Positions 46,691 to 60,657 of a DNA stretch of 64,000 nucleotides are shown here, in pieces. The stretch comes from Octopus sinensis. Taxonomy: Eukaryota. The stretch covers positions 7,006,001-7,070,000 of the forward strand of contig NC_043003.1 of the NCBI RefSeq assembly GCF_006345805.1, in the 5' to 3' direction. Numbering within the stretch: the first letter of the stretch is position 1; each line of letters opens with the position of its first letter. The notes below the pieces were generated by a model. It made no database searches, was not told the DNA's origin, and was given only the letters and a program-made list of their open reading frames with translations. The position numbers and the translations under genes are program-made.

Positions 46691-49137
46691 TGGATGTATG
46701 ATGTAATTATTCTCATAATCTCAACTCGTTGAACCAATATTCCACCAAATTCATTCTGTCAGTCTGTGGCAAAGGAGATTTATGGTCTTTTGTTAGAATT
46801 ATTGTAGAATTATTTTGTACAGAATATGGTTACTTCTGATCATTATATGAAGAACCTTTTCCTGCTTTGTATCAAGTTCCTGATTCATATCACACTTCAC
46901 TATTACCAACATTCTTTCAATTACAGGAACTATTCTTGTGTCCATGCTGTAAATCTTTTCCTGTCCTTCATTCTACAGGAGAACTACAGCTGCTTTAAAT
47001 ATATCTCACCGTGACAATATGTATACGTCATGTGATTGACCAGATTCTCAGATGTCGTTATACATCGCTGGTCACAATGCACTTTGCATCATTTTAGCTT
47101 TTGAATGATGCCACTTCACTGGCTGGGCAAGCAGGCCAATATTTCCCCTGATCAGAAGGCTAATCCATTATAGGTTGTACCCATTTACAGCTGAGTGGAC
47201 TAGAGAAGCGTGAAGTGAAGTGTTTTGCTCAAGAATATAATGCATCGCTTAGTCCAAGGACTGAAACCACAATCTAGCAATTGTGAGTGCAACTCCTAAC
47301 CATTAGGTCATGCATCTTCACACACACACTCATCATCATCATTTAGTGTTCCCTTTTCTATGCTAGTATGGGTTGGTTGGTTCAACAGGAACTGATGAGC
47401 CAGGGGACTGCACCAAATGGCAATGTCTGCTTTGGTATAGTTTCTATAGCTGGATGCCCTTCTCAATGCCAACCACTGTATTGGGTGCATTTTATGTGAC
47501 AGCAGCACTAGTGAGGTCACTAAGTACTCACAAGACAAGAACTCCGCTGAACTGAGTGAGGGTATAGTATTGAAGGATGTGAAAGTATGAGAAAGGGACA
47601 GGGATGGGTGTCTTGCTGATATGGCTAACATATGGCTTCCACATCTGATGATGATGAAGGTGTACTCTCTAAGTACAAGGTGAAAATGGGAGAGGGGGAA
47701 TAGGATAGAGGAACAGAAATGGTGGGTGGGTGGGTAGTTCATTTGAGTGTGAAAAGAATGTGGCAGTGAGAGTGAAAGGGAGATAATGCATTTTGCTTCA
47801 CATTTTTTAATTAGATAAAAAATTCTAAGATTTGTAGATAGATGTCACCAGCCACATATTTGCAGTCCTTCATGTTTACATGAAAAAAAGATATGTTGCT
47901 GGAAGAAGCCATTAAAAACCAGAAAACTAAATGATAAATTGCCACATGTGCAACTACATAAGAAATGCATGCACACATGTATACATGTACACAGATGCAC
48001 AAATGCACATTTGTATATACACACATGTACAAACACATGCTCACATGCACCTACACATGCACACAAATACATGTAAGTTTCACTTCATCCAATTTATTTC
48101 CAATCCAAGTCTTTTAACTTGCTTCCATCCTCGTTCAACAATCTGTATTTTTTACTTTCTTGCTCCGATCGCTGTCTTACGCCTCAAGATAAAAGTGTGA
48201 AAATGAAACCCCTTTTCTTGGATCTCCTGTTACTCTCACTGCAGCAGTTGTTCCCTTCTCCTTTCCAGCAGGAGTTCATATATTTTAGTTTTATTTCCTC
48301 CCTCATTGTATGTATGAAGAAATCAAACAATTACAAAAGGTTCTGTCAATGCTTTGTTTTAAAGAAAAAAGCTGAGGAAATTAACTTTTACAGACCCTTT
48401 TTTTACCCTTGTCTACCCACTCATTAACCCTTTCATTACCAACCCGGCTGAAACCAGCTCTGGCTCTGAGTACAAATGTCTTGTTTTCATAAGTTTTCAA
48501 TTAAAATCTTCCACCAAACTGTTCCTAACACTAGCTAAATGATAACTAAGTTATTTTACTAAATTCTTTGTTATATTTAACATTAATTGAAAGAATCACA
48601 GAACATCTCAACAGAAATATAGAAACAAGAGGGTTAACTAGGTTTTATAGAATTGACATCACAGTTTCAGTTCATTTATCCCTCTTTCTTTCACATTCTG
48701 ATGTTACAGTCAATTTCTTTTCAATCTGTATCCTCTTCTATTCCAATGCATTCCATTTCTCTGTAGTCTTTTATTGCTGTTATTAATTTATATCCTGTCC
48801 CACGGCACTGGTTTATTGTCCTGAAAAAATTTGTTTTTAATTTTGGCAACTCACATATATGTCTGGCTCTCAACTAACAGTGGAATCGTAAGGACACTGT
48901 GGTCAAAAACTGCATGCCAGTTTCCTCCATCAGCATGGCATAATGGTTTGGGTACTGCACTAATGATTGCCAGATTGCAGTTTTGACCCCTGGACGAAGC
49001 AGTGCATTGCATTTTTAAGCAGAACACTTCATTCCACATTGCTGCTGTCTACTTGGCTGTAAATCAGTCACTCTGCAATGGACCAGTATCCCATTCGAGG
49101 GAAATGTTGTGATTTCATTGACTTATACACAATGAGT

Positions 49138-49445
49138 GGAGGTACATGGCCTAGTGGTTAGAGCAGCAGACTCGCGGTCGAGGGATCGTGAGTTCGAATC
49201 TCAGACCGAGCGATGTGTATGTCTATGAGCGAAACACCTAAGCTCCATGCGGCTCCGGCAGAAGGTAATAGCGAACTTCTGCTGACTCTTTCGCCACAAC
49301 TTTCTCTCACTCTTTCCTCCTGCATCTTGCAGCTCACCTGCGACAGACCAGCGTCCCGTCCAGGTGGGGAACCTATACGCCAAGGAAACCGGGAAACCGG
49401 CCCTTATGAGCCAGGAATGGCTCGAGAAGGCACAAACAACAACTT
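49138..49445 (+). mobile_element. tRNA-derived SINE family C
   Basis: A-box TGGCCTAGTGG and B-box GTTCGAATC, tRNA-like head with a TCG (Arg-like) loop, (AAC)n tail. Related heads at ~54917, 57996, 62312 and 60657(-). Confidence 0.75.
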
Positions 49446-50198
49446 ATACACAAGGAATACCACATAACAGATGCTATGAGTTCTATTCTACGTGCTGTTG
49501 ATGTCGCAGAAAAATATTGTACTCTGCTGCTTTATTTCTATGTTTCCTTTTTTTTTATCAATGAGCCATGAATACAGAATGCTCCTTTAAAGGTATCTCA
49601 TCACCCGTTAGTTGCAATGTTTAATTTTACATTCTTCTTCGTAGACTTTTATTCTTAAGCCAACCATTTCTTGTTTCATTTGCTGATTTGACTTATCTTC
49701 TGCTACTTCAATATTTGTAGCAAGTAATGCAAATGTCTGCTGTTATTTTCCATCCTTCTTCTCCACCCTCTATTCCAGGGTGGATTGTGGAGCCAGAGTC
49801 TTTTGACACCCCCCCCCCCCCAGAAACCTCTCAGAAGCAGCCATCATTATACATACCATTTCCCAATTACTAATAGTTGTTCCCTCCTGGACCCACTTCA
49901 GCTTCCCAAAACCTGCATCCTTTGTGCACCTACCCAACACTTCCCAGAATATGATGCAGGCTCAGGCTTACCATTAATTAAACTGGCATTGGATGGAAAC
50001 AGCATTAGAATGGACCCCTCTACCTTAGATCCAAATGTGTCCTTTGTTGACCCATGCAGTGGGCAATGTGATATGGTTATCCTTTGGAACTCTTTTCATA
50101 TTGCAGATTTCGGTAGTCTTATTCATGCCAGGCACCAAGTTGCCATTTGGATTGGACTCAGTTATTTTCATTCGTTTTATGAATCTATCGCTATTGTA

Positions 50199-50607
50199 GA
50201 CGCAGGAGTGGCTGTGTGGTATGTAGCTTGCTAACCAACCACATGGTTCCGAGTTCAGTCCCACTGCGTGGCATCTTGGGCAAGTGTCTTCTGCTATAGC
50301 CCCGGGCTGACCAATGCCTTGTGAGTGGATTTGGTAGACGGAAACTGAAAGAAGCCTGTCGTATGTATGTATATATATATATATGTGTATGTGTGTCTGT
50401 GTTTGTCCCCCTAGCATTGCTTGACAACTGATGCTGGTGTGTTTACGTCACCATCACTTAGCGGTTCGGCAAAAGAGACCGATAGAATAAGTACTGGGCT
50501 TACAAAGAATAAGTCCCGGGGTCGATTTGCTCGATTAAAGGTGGTGCTCCAGCATGGCCGCAGTCAAATGACTGAAACAAGTAAAAAGAGTAAAGAGTAA
50601 AAAGAGA
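50199..50607 (+). mobile_element. SINE family A copy (same subfamily as 872-1297 and 61697-62098)
   Basis: Shares the variants GGCATCTTGGG, CTGCTATAGC, ACCAATGCC and AAGTACTGGGC. Confidence 0.85.
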
Positions 50608-51981
50608 ATTTGATAAATTTAGCATGGAGACTCTTAGCACAGGTAATTCTTTGTCTCTACTCAGCTGGCATTCTTTAATTGCTTCACATTTTTATCATCT
50701 CATTAAACAGTTGCTAATCATACATTATGTCCTCAAATTTTTATGGAAACCATTTTTATCAGAAAATTCTAGACATCACATGTCTATCATCATCATCACC
50801 ATCATCATCATCGTCATTTAATGTTGCATTTTCCATGTTGATATGGGTTGGATGATTCCCCAGGGACTAAGAAATGAGCCACATGGCTGTGCTGAGCTAC
50901 AATGTCAGCTTTGGAATGGTTCCTATGGCCAGGTGCCCTTCCTAACAAAAAACCTTTTTACAGAATATTTTGGCTGCTTTTTTCATGACACCAGCACTGG
51001 TGAGGCCATCAAGTACTTGCAAGACTCCCTCAACTGAGTGGGGTGTATATATTAAGGGATATGAAAGTATGATAGAAAGACAGGAGCAGATATCCTGTTT
51101 TATATACAAAAAAAAAAAAAAATTCTGGTAATTTTATCTGCTCAATTCAGTTGGGTTTTTGTGTTGGGAGCAGGTTTATCCTGTGGATCAAGTTCTTTCT
51201 TACGTATAATGAAGTGATTGATAGAAGATGGAATTTTATTCCTCTCTTCACACAAATTTTCATCTTGCATCATCATCATCATCGTCATCATCATTGTCCG
51301 TTTTCCATGCTAGCATGGGTTAGATGATTCGACCGGGGTCTGGGAAGCCAGGAGGCTGCACCAGGCTCCAGTCTGATCTGGTAGTATTTCTACAGCTGGA
51401 TGCCCTTCCTAACACCAACCACTCCAAGAGTGTAGTGGATGCTTTTTACATACCACAGGCAAAGGGGCCAGAGGAGACTGGCAACGACCGTGATCGGTTG
51501 GTGCTTTTTACGTGCCACCGGTACTGAAGCCAGTCAAGGTGGCACTGGCATAGGCCACGTTTGGATGGTGCTTTTTACGTGCCACATTAATATCCAGTTT
51601 GGCAAGAGTAGATTTTCTTAAACTTTGTTGTATATTTGTACAATCATTCCATGAATCATTACATTAAAAAGATTCCTCAACAAGGAAGCCGGTCGCTTTT
51701 TTAATGGGATAATATGACTCCATTCATTCACATTTTAACGATTAATATATCAAGAGTCACAATCAGCAGCAGAATTGGAATGTCAGATGAATTCCATTTT
51801 TTACCTTTTCTTCTTCACTTGTCGTCAACAGATTTAACAAAACCAGTGATTTTTACCATTAAGACATAAACTTGTAGAATATTGGCAAGAAGACATGAAT
51901 AATGAAGGAGAACATATAGACTTACAGAGATGTACTTGCATGGCAAGTGACCTGATCTGAGATCGTGTGCTGGAACGAAAA

Positions 51982-52172
51982 CAATTGCAGTGTGGAAGGT
52001 GTTTATAAGCCATTTAAGAATTTTTCAGATGCAGCACAGAATTTTGTCAGTGAACAGGTTGCTGTCTCAAAGCGACGAAAATATTTTGACAAATTAAATT
52101 TAAATGTTGAAGTGAATCTAACGGTTTTTGTGTTTCTTAAATGGCTTATAAACACCTTCCACGTTGCAATTG
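51982..52172. mobile_element. MITE with ~40-bp TIRs
   Basis: CAATTGCAGTGTGGAAGGTGTTTATAAGCCATTTAAGAA and its reverse complement with 2 mismatches. Confidence 0.75.
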
Positions 52173-52641
52173 ATATTATAGACTGATTTGTTAAAATTCT
52201 TGATAGAAAATGAGGATTTTAAATAAATGGAAAAAAGAAAAAGAACAAATTTATCTGACAACCCAATGTATTTTCCTTTTCATCATCGTCATTGTTTAAC
52301 GTCTGGTTTCCATGCTGGCATGGGTTGGATGGTTTGACTGAGATCTGGAGAGCCAGGAGGCTGCACCAGGTTCCAATCTGATCTGGCAGTGTTTCTACAG
52401 CTGGATGCCCTTCCTAACGCCAACCACTCATCTTCATTAAATGAATTAAGGAAATATATTCTTCATGCATTGCATTTCTTGCTTTTTCACATTTTTATAT
52501 CATTTCCATCCACATTATTCATCAAAAATTTTTTGGCTTTTTTTTTTCTGCTGCCATGTTATAACATTTTGTGTATCTTTTTCTATTGCTGAATGTGTTA
52601 TCTTGAAGATATCTTGATGTGTGTTTCCTTTCTTTGCTCAA

Positions 52642-52944
52642 CCCTTAAACGGTGGACGTCATCAATTGATGTTTCATTAGAGAACAGCAGACATCATCAA
52701 TTGCTGTTTCAAAAACTTTACATGGATACGGCCATGTATCCATGAATATTTTATAAGGACATGAATATTTTACAGAACTTTTCAGTAGAGATTGTAAATT
52801 TTATTGTGAGAGACTAACAATTATTATTATAGCATTTTTACTTATGAAAATAAGTATAAAATTTATCCTTAAAAAAATATTCTCTTTTTTTGTTTTTGCT
52901 CCATTTGGCACACGTTCATGCAACTCCTTCCTGCCGTTTAAGGG
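52642..52944. mobile_element. piggyBac-type MITE family 2 with TCAA target duplication
   Basis: 11-bp TIR CCCTTAAACGG and a direct TCAA at 52638-52641 and 52945-52948. Confidence 0.65.
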
Positions 52945-53308
52945 TCAAATGGATTCTTCCCGATATATTGCCATGATATTGCTCTGGGCTTATATATATA
53001 TATATATACTTTTCCTTCAAGTTGTGTGAAACTAACAGTTCTGGGTGTTAATCTCACCAATATCAAATTTTTCTTTCATTTTTTCCCAAATGATGTTAAA
53101 TACCAGTAATTCACTGGGATTGTAGTTGATCATATCCTAAAGCCTTGGTCTAGACAAAAAAAATTATTTGTAGACTTGATTTCTGCTTATCTTATTTCTG
53201 TACACTTAATTTCTTCAATCAAAAAGCTCTGTTGATGTAAATAATCTGTAATTTACCTTATAAACATTTGCACATGTATGTGACTGTTAAATATATTGAT
53301 GTTAAAAT

Positions 53309-53499
53309 AGTCATCTGTCTATCATACTTAATGTATATAAACTGTTTGTAGGCCAGTTGCTGTAGTATTTGTCCAGAGATAACATCTCTTAAAAACACAA
53401 TATCAAGAGACATTTATAAGAGTTGTTATCTCAGGACAAATACTACAGTAACTGGCCTATAAACAGTGTACATACATTAAGTATGGTACATAGATGACT
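53309..53499. repeat. Long hairpin (~85-bp arms, ~20-nt loop)
   Basis: AGTCATCT...CCAGAGATAACATCTCTT pairs with AAGAGTTGTTATCTC...AGATGACT. Confidence 0.85.
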
Positions 53500-55284
53500 T
53501 TTAATTAAATACAGCCTCAATTGCATAACTGGATAATTGATGTTAATTGTATTTGATTTTCTGCTAAATGCACAGATACAAACAATTGGATGCTGGACTA
53601 ATTAATTTCATTTCTGAATTACAAGCCACACATTTCTACATTCCCTGGAATTGACATTGCTTAGCATTCTTCCAGTTTTCACCAAATAAGTATCCAAAGT
53701 AATTTCTGTTTTCTTTTCAATAAACAATAACGAAGGCTATGAAGTTTAGATTCTGGCTAACAAGATTTGTTGTTGAGAGTTCAAACTATATCACAGCCCC
53801 TCTGTTGTGTTCTGGTAAGGTGTTCAATAAGGAAAGGTTAAGCATAAGGAAAAGTAAAAATGCAATTCATTCAAAAATAGGACATGGAGTGCTCAACCCC
53901 TTGCATGTTGAGTTCAGAGTGCCAGATAAGTGAAGGCATGTGGGTCAGTGGTTACGGTTTTTAGCTCATAATTATATGGCTGTGAGTTCAATTCCCAGCT
54001 GTATGTTGTGTCCCTGAGCAAGACACTTTATTTCACATCCACTCAGCTGGCAAAAATAAGTAGTGCCTAATTGAGGCTCTCTGAGAACAACATTGTGTAC
54101 ATGTCTGTGGAGTGCTCAACCACTTGCATATTAATTTCACAAGTGGACTGTTCCATTGACTGGATGACCTGGAACACTTGTCTTTGTAACCTAGAATGCC
54201 AGTTGAGAATTAGAAAGGACTCTCTGCTGTAAAAACAGAATTCCTCCAAAAATAAGGCAAATACTTAGTTGCAAAAGAAAACATTTCAAACATGCCAATA
54301 GATGATGGCTTAGTCTGAGGACTTGGTTATTGCTACCAGGCCTCTGACACTGCAAAAGGAGGTAAATTGCGTTATCCTTAGAATTCTTGCATCAGAGTGA
54401 ATCCCACCAAAGGAACTTTGCCCTTTGGTATTCAGAGATTATTTTGTCAAATGTAATACTTATTCATTTCCCTTGTTTTGAATTAATTATGCATTATCTT
54501 ATAGCTATCAGACTTTGGTGACATGATTTCAAAAAATATTGCAAGGTAGGTGTGAGAGACTGGACTGAATATAAAACAGAATATCCAGGCCAGATGGGGT
54601 CAGTTTAAACACTAAAGGATTAAGGACCAGGAGGTGGTATCAAACTGAGTGAGGAGTTAAATGTGCTACCCCAAAACAGCAACTGTTGATCCAACAGACT
54701 TCTATCTACTCCATTTCACTGAGAGGCTTTGGTAGAATATACTTATTCAGGGTGCCATGTGGTGGAATAAAACCTAGACCCATGAAATTGCAACTCAAAC
54801 TACTTTGCCACAAGGTCCCTTCTGCACCCATTATACATTAAATACCTGTGTGTGTATGTGTAACTCTTTAGCCAGGTTTCTCTGTCCAATTCAATGCTTA
54901 TTTATTAACATGGTTTTGAGGCGCAATGGCCCAGTGGTTAGGGCAATTCCCAGACCGGGTCTTGTGAGTGCTTATTGAACGAAAACATATAAAGCTCCAC
55001 AAGGCTCTGCCAAGGGGTGGTGGTGAAACCTGCTGTATTCTTTCACCACAACTTTCTCTCACTCTTTCTTCCTGTTTCTGTTGTACCTGTATTTCAAAGG
55101 GGCCAACCTTGTCACACTCTGTGTCATGCTGAATCTCCCCAAGAACTACATTAAGGGTACACGTGTCTGTGGAGTGCTCAGCCACTTGCACATTAATTTC
55201 ACAAGCAGGCTGTTCTGTTGATCAGATCAACTGGAACCCTCATCGTCATAACCGACAGAGCACCGCAATGACGAACATGGTTTT

Positions 55285-55492
55285 GAATTAATTCTATGTG
55301 TTTGTCTTTAGAATGACATTGTAGGGTAGGTGTGAAAGGCCTGATATGGCTAGTTTGAAGATAAAAACAAGTAGAATGTTTGGGTTGGATATGGCTGATT
55401 TGAAGATGAAACAATATTTGGGGCTGGATATGACCAGTTTGAACATAAAGTAGAATATTTGGGGCTGGATATTTCCGGTTTAAATGCTAAAG
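55285..55492. mobile_element. Fragment of a repeat family with ~40-bp internal subrepeats (GATATGGCTGGTTTGAACATAAA...)
   Basis: Related segments at ~41960-42175, ~54435-54622 and ~58680-58850. The superfamily is not established from this window. Confidence 0.55.
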
Positions 55493-56309
55493 AAAAAGAA
55501 ACTCCAGTTTTGGAACTTCATGTCCCTTGATTGAGTTATGCTTCTCCTATGTAAACAGCTTCAAGATTTCAGCTCAGGATTCAAAGTATTGGAAAGCAAC
55601 TAGCCCCAAGGGAGCAGATATTCCTTACATGGCCACCATGTATGTAGTAGTATATGCGAAGTGTGTAAAACTTATTGGTTAACAACACAGTAACATTATC
55701 AACAAAATATAGAAGCTTTTGAATTAATGCCTCCCTGTTTATGACATTTTCTTATCAAACCTGTTTTTATATGGAGGGAAAAAAAAGAAAACATCTTAAT
55801 AGCAATTTTAATAGCACAGAAATAAAACTAGTTCAGTGAATTTGCTCTTAATATGTATTTAATTTGTTTTTAATCAAAAGTTCTTAAATTACATCAGAAA
55901 ATTTTTTTTTAAGAAAAACTTTCATCATTAAGGCATTTTTTTTAATACTCCAAAATGACGCTTCCAGTTGTTATTATAGTGACTTTGATGGTAAAAAATG
56001 TCAGATATTTTTTTTTAGTGTAGAAACATGGCATGTACTACAGAATAATGATGAAGGGAATACCATCTCCATTCTAAATGACCAAAAACAAAAAGAAAGA
56101 AAAGATCTTATTGTTATATCTGTTGTGTTGAGCCTGCAATATAAATTTGAGTTGACTGCAATTATTTGTGCTGTGATGAATTATTTCCCTTATTTTGCTG
56201 ATGCTATTGTGAGAGGCATGAACATTATAACTTCCCATTGTTCTCTTCGTTCTCTATAAATATGTTTAATTTCCACGAACATGAAAAATATCATTCTCAT
56301 ACTTGTGGC

Positions 56310-56624
56310 CAGTGGCATAGCCAGGTTCTAAAGTTAGGGGCAGCAAGCACATTAAAAAAAAACAAAAAAAAGGTGCCGTGACACATACCAAACAATTTCT
56401 TACTCATTTCTTTTATATTACACAAAATATTTTATTAGTTATACGTAATTGTATTCTACATTCATTAATTTCGTGTTTCAGTAACGATGTCATTATGTAT
56501 GAAATTTACAGCTAACGATGTAGGTAGCTGAAGAATTTTTAAAAAATTATTGAAGGCACCGGTTTTGAAAAATGTGCAGAGTGGGAGCTGTAGCTCCCTT
56601 TGTCCCCTATTAGCTATGCCCCTG
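56310..56624. mobile_element. hAT-type MITE (315 bp)
   Basis: 8-bp TSD CTTGTGGC at 56302-56309 and 56625-56632. TIR CAG(T/G)GGCATAGC, 11/12 match. Confidence 0.85.
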
Positions 56625-57134
56625 CTTGTGGCAAGTGCTATAAAAGTACAAGGTAATCTTAGTCCACAAACCAGTTTTAATTATTGGTTGAAGCAAACTC
56701 ACTTCAGCTGATAATGTTATTGAGAAAAGCATTAATATCACACAATCAATCACCTCAGAGAGAAATCTTCACTATTGTTGTAAATTTTTTCGATGTATGC
56801 AAAAGATAAACAGGGGCCAAACCAAATGAGTTTGTGCTTCACATTGTTTCATTTTAAGAGAAAAGCAGCTTAGTTGGAATTTATTTTCTAGTAGCTTGCT
56901 TGATTTCCTGTTTTACATGTAAAGGCTGTGAAACTTCATAATGTCAAATCCATCTTTCTATTTATAACTCCAGTATTTAAAGGGTTTTTTGGATTTTTTT
57001 TTAACAAATAGATCTAAACTTAAAGTTTATAACCTTAAAATGTTATAATCGTTATTTTGGAGTTTCTAGCTGAGGTCTTATCAGCTAATTCATCACTGAG
57101 TATTCAAAAGCTCATATACCAAATATTTAATATA

Positions 57135-57167
<33 letters not shown>

Positions 57168-57342
57168 GCATATACACACACGTTTATATACATTTATGTG
57201 CATGTAATATATTATATGTATGTATATATATATACATATATATCATGATATTGTAAAATTTCAAGTTTTAAATATCAATAAATAATTTAAATGTATGTTT
57301 TGTGTCATTTATTCCTTCCTTGAAAACTATACACCAACTCTT

Positions 57343-57772
57343 TACTCTTTTACTCTTTTGCTTGTTTCAGTCATTTGACTGTGGCCATGCTGGAGCACTG
57401 CCTTTTTAGTCGAGCAAATCGACCCCAGGACTTATTCTTTGTAAGCCTAGTACTTATTTTATCGGTCTCCTTTTGCCGAACCGCTAAGTTATGGGGACGT
57501 AAACACACCAGCACCGGTTGTCAAGCGATGTTGGAGGGGGGGAAACAAACACAGACACACAAACATATACACACACATACATATGTATATATATATATAT
57601 ACATATATACGACGGGCTTCTTTTAGTTTCCGTCTACCAAATCCACTCACAAGGCTTTGGTCGGCCCGAGGTTATATTAGAAGACACTTGCCCAAGATGC
57701 TACGCAGTGGGACTGAACCCAGAACCATGTGGTTCATAAGCAAGCAACTTACCACACAACCACTCCTACGCC
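57343..57772 (-). mobile_element. SINE family A copy, reverse orientation
   Basis: Reverse complement of the family A sequence. Confidence 0.85.
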
Positions 57773-57995
57773 TATATGTATGTATATTTGAAATGTGAAG
57801 TAAATAAGGCTGGAAAAGGTAAATAAATTTAGAATGAAACTTTTTTTTCTCTTCATGTCATATTTGAATAAGTTTCATCATCCAACATCTATTTCCCATG
57901 CTAGCAAAGGTGGGGGGGGGTTAACAGGATCAAGCAAGCTGTCGGGCTGCAATGAGCTCCAGTCTCAGTTTTGACATGGTTTCTATAGCTGGGTG

Positions 57996-58380
57996 TGGAG
58001 GCGCAATGGCCCAGTGGTTAGGGCAGCGGACTCGTGGTCATAGGATCGCGGTTTCGATTCCCAGACCGGGCGTTGTGAGTGTTTATTGAGTGACAACACC
58101 TAAAGCTCCACGAGGCTCCGACAGGGGATGGTGGTGATCCCTGCTGTACTCTTTCACCACAACTTTCTCTCACTCTTACTTCCCGTTTCTGTTGTACCTG
58201 TATTTCAAAGGGCCAGCCTTGTCACTCTCTGTGTCACGCTGAATATCTCCGAGAACTACGTTAAGGGTACACGTGTCTGTGGAGTGCTCAGCCACTTACA
58301 CGTTAATTTCACGAGCAGGCTGTTCCGTTGATTCGGATCAACCGGAACCCTCGTCGTCGTAACCGACGGAGTGCTTCCAT
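57996..58380 (+). mobile_element. SINE family C-type copy nested in an older repeat
   Basis: tRNA-like head. Flanked by a duplicated ATAGC(T/C)GGGT that splits an older ...TTTCTATAGCTGGATGCCCTTCC motif. Confidence 0.75.
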
Positions 58381-58897
58381 CCATAGCCGGGTACCCTTCC
58401 TAACATCAACCATTTTTTTCCTTGCCGCCAGCAGTTGTGAAATTGCCAAGTAACTTACAAGAAAAAGAGTAAAAAAAAAAAGGTCAACTAAGCAAGGAAG
58501 AGTATTTGATGACTGGTTTTATCCAGAGGGAAGCAGAGGTGTCTTGCTACAGAGAAGATACGTATCTACCCCACATTTATATAAGGGTGGGTAGGAGTAG
58601 CTGAGAAGAAGAAAAGATGGTCATACTTATTGCAGGTTGCATGCTCAAGATCCAGGTGATGGACCTGTTTATATACTGTCTTTAGAATGACATTGTAGGG
58701 TAGGTGTGAAAGGCCTGATCTAGCTGGTTTGAAGATAAAAACAAGTAGAAAATTTTGGGTTGGATATGGTTGATTTCAAGATAAAACAATATTTGGGGCT
58801 GGAGACGACCAGTTTGAACATAAAGTAGAATATTTTGGCTGGATATGAATGCAGTTGGTGACACTGCTTCGGAGCATGGCAATGAATGCTCAAAATA

Positions 58898-59813
58898 CAA
58901 GGTGTCCATAAAGTCTCTTTACAATTTAAAAAAATTATTACAAAGGCAGTTGATGAGATATTTTAACCAGATTTGTTTTATTTTAATAATTGTTTATTAA
59001 AGTTTTTAACTGATATTAAATTTTTGTGTTTCACACACTCTGTTGATGGAAGGAACTGATTCACTGAACCCTATAAAATGAGAATGAAGCATTCCTCAAG
59101 CGAGTTTGTTTTAGTGACAAGGCAACTTTCATGTTTCGGGGAAATTAAACAGACACAATGTGAGAATCTGTGGACCAGAATACCCCCATGTGACTAGGGA
59201 GCTTCATTGGGATAGTCCAAAAGTGAATGTGTGGTGTGGAATCATGTGCAATTGAATAATTGGTCCATTTTTCTTCAACGAGGCAACAATTACTGCAGAT
59301 GTTTACCTCGACCTTATGACCGAATATGTGGCACCACAACTGATTGATTTACAACCATCATTTTCCAGCAAGATGGTGCACCACCACATTGGGGATGGCA
59401 TGTTCGTCAGTTCCTCAATCAAACATTTCCAGACAATGGATTGGAAGGGATGGGCCAATTCCATGGCCATCGCGTTCGCCAGATATCACTCCCTTGGACT
59501 TCTTCTTATGGGGTTATGTAAAAGATATCGTGTATTAAACAAAGATACAGGACATTGCTGACTTGAAGCAAAGGATTCGTAATGCCATTGCCACCGTTGA
59601 TGAGGCTATCCTACAGCGAACATGGCAAGAAATCGAGTACCGTTTTGATGTGCTTCGTGCAACTAATGGTGCCCATATTGAGGTCTATTAGATAACAGTT
59701 AAAAAAAACTTTAATAAACAATTATTACAATAAAACAAATCTGGTTTAGATATCTCGTCAACTGCCTTTGGAATAAAATTTTAAAATTGTAAAGAGACTT
59801 TATGGACACCCTG
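58898..59813 (+). mobile_element. Internally deleted Tc1/mariner element with DD41D-type transposase remnant
   Basis: ~130-bp TIRs (CA(A/G)GGTGTCCATAAAGTCTCTTTACAATT...), TA on both sides. Remnant ...QQDGAPPH...WPSRSPDITPLDFFLWGYVK has 41 residues between the 2nd and 3rd D after correcting one frameshift. Stops and frameshifts present. Confidence 0.9.
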
Positions 59814-60305
59814 TATATCTATCCAATGAGGGGATGTTTTGGGAAGGTGATCACCAAATAATACCAGTACCAATATTTTATCATAGAAAGGGTATATCAA
59901 ATTAAATAAAATGCACCCGTGCTTGTGCCACATAAAAAGCAGTCATGGAAAAGGCACCCAGTCCACCCTGTAAAGTAATTGGTGTTAAGGACAATGTTTA
60001 CCTGCATAATGCGAAACAATGAATGAAGACAGTTGCATCAATAGGTGCTGATCTCTAATCGTGTGGCAGGGGCAGACCCAGGAAGATGTGGGATGAAGTG
60101 GTGAGAAAGGATCTTCAGATGTTGGGCCCCACAGAGGAAGACAAGGAACTGAAACTTCTGGTGGTTTGCTGTGCTTGGGAAGACACATTAAGCTAAGTGA
60201 AACTGTGGTTGTCCTTGCATACAGGTATGTCCCCTGCATCTCTCTTCAGGTGAATGAAATCAACCTTGTGGTTTGGTGCCACATAAAAACACCTGTGCTG
60301 GTGCT

Positions 60306-60657
60306 GCTTTGTTTGTTGAGCGAAGCGGTCTTCGTGGGAGTAGTCCGAAACGTGGTCCTTTGCTATTCATAAGACCCGCAGAAGAGAAAGCAGGTCAACC
60401 CCCAACACCAAGAGCATCGACGGATGGATGAATGCGCATTTAGGCTCAGTGGTTGCGTAGGAAGTCGGGGACAAGAAACAGGAAGAAAGAGTGAGAGAAA
60501 GATGGAGCGAAAGAGTACAACAGGGGTCGCCACCACACCCTGCCGGAGCCTCGTGGAGCTTTTAGGTATTTTCGCTCAATAAACACGCACAACTCCCGGT
60601 CTGGGAATTCAAACCGCAAGTTCGCTGCCCTAACCACTGGGCCATTGTGCCTCCACT
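60306..60657 (-). mobile_element. SINE with tRNA-like head, nested in an RTE-tail repeat
   Basis: Flanking direct repeat TGCTGGTGCTG on both sides. Head is homologous to the 57996 copy. Confidence 0.75.

Noticed and set aside
49785-50200. 149-aa ORF and open minus-strand stretch
   Set aside because: No recognisable motif, and the ORF runs into a SINE.
51800-51880. Strong acceptor-like tract ending GTCAACAG
   Set aside because: All three downstream frames stop within ~12 codons and no partner exons were found.
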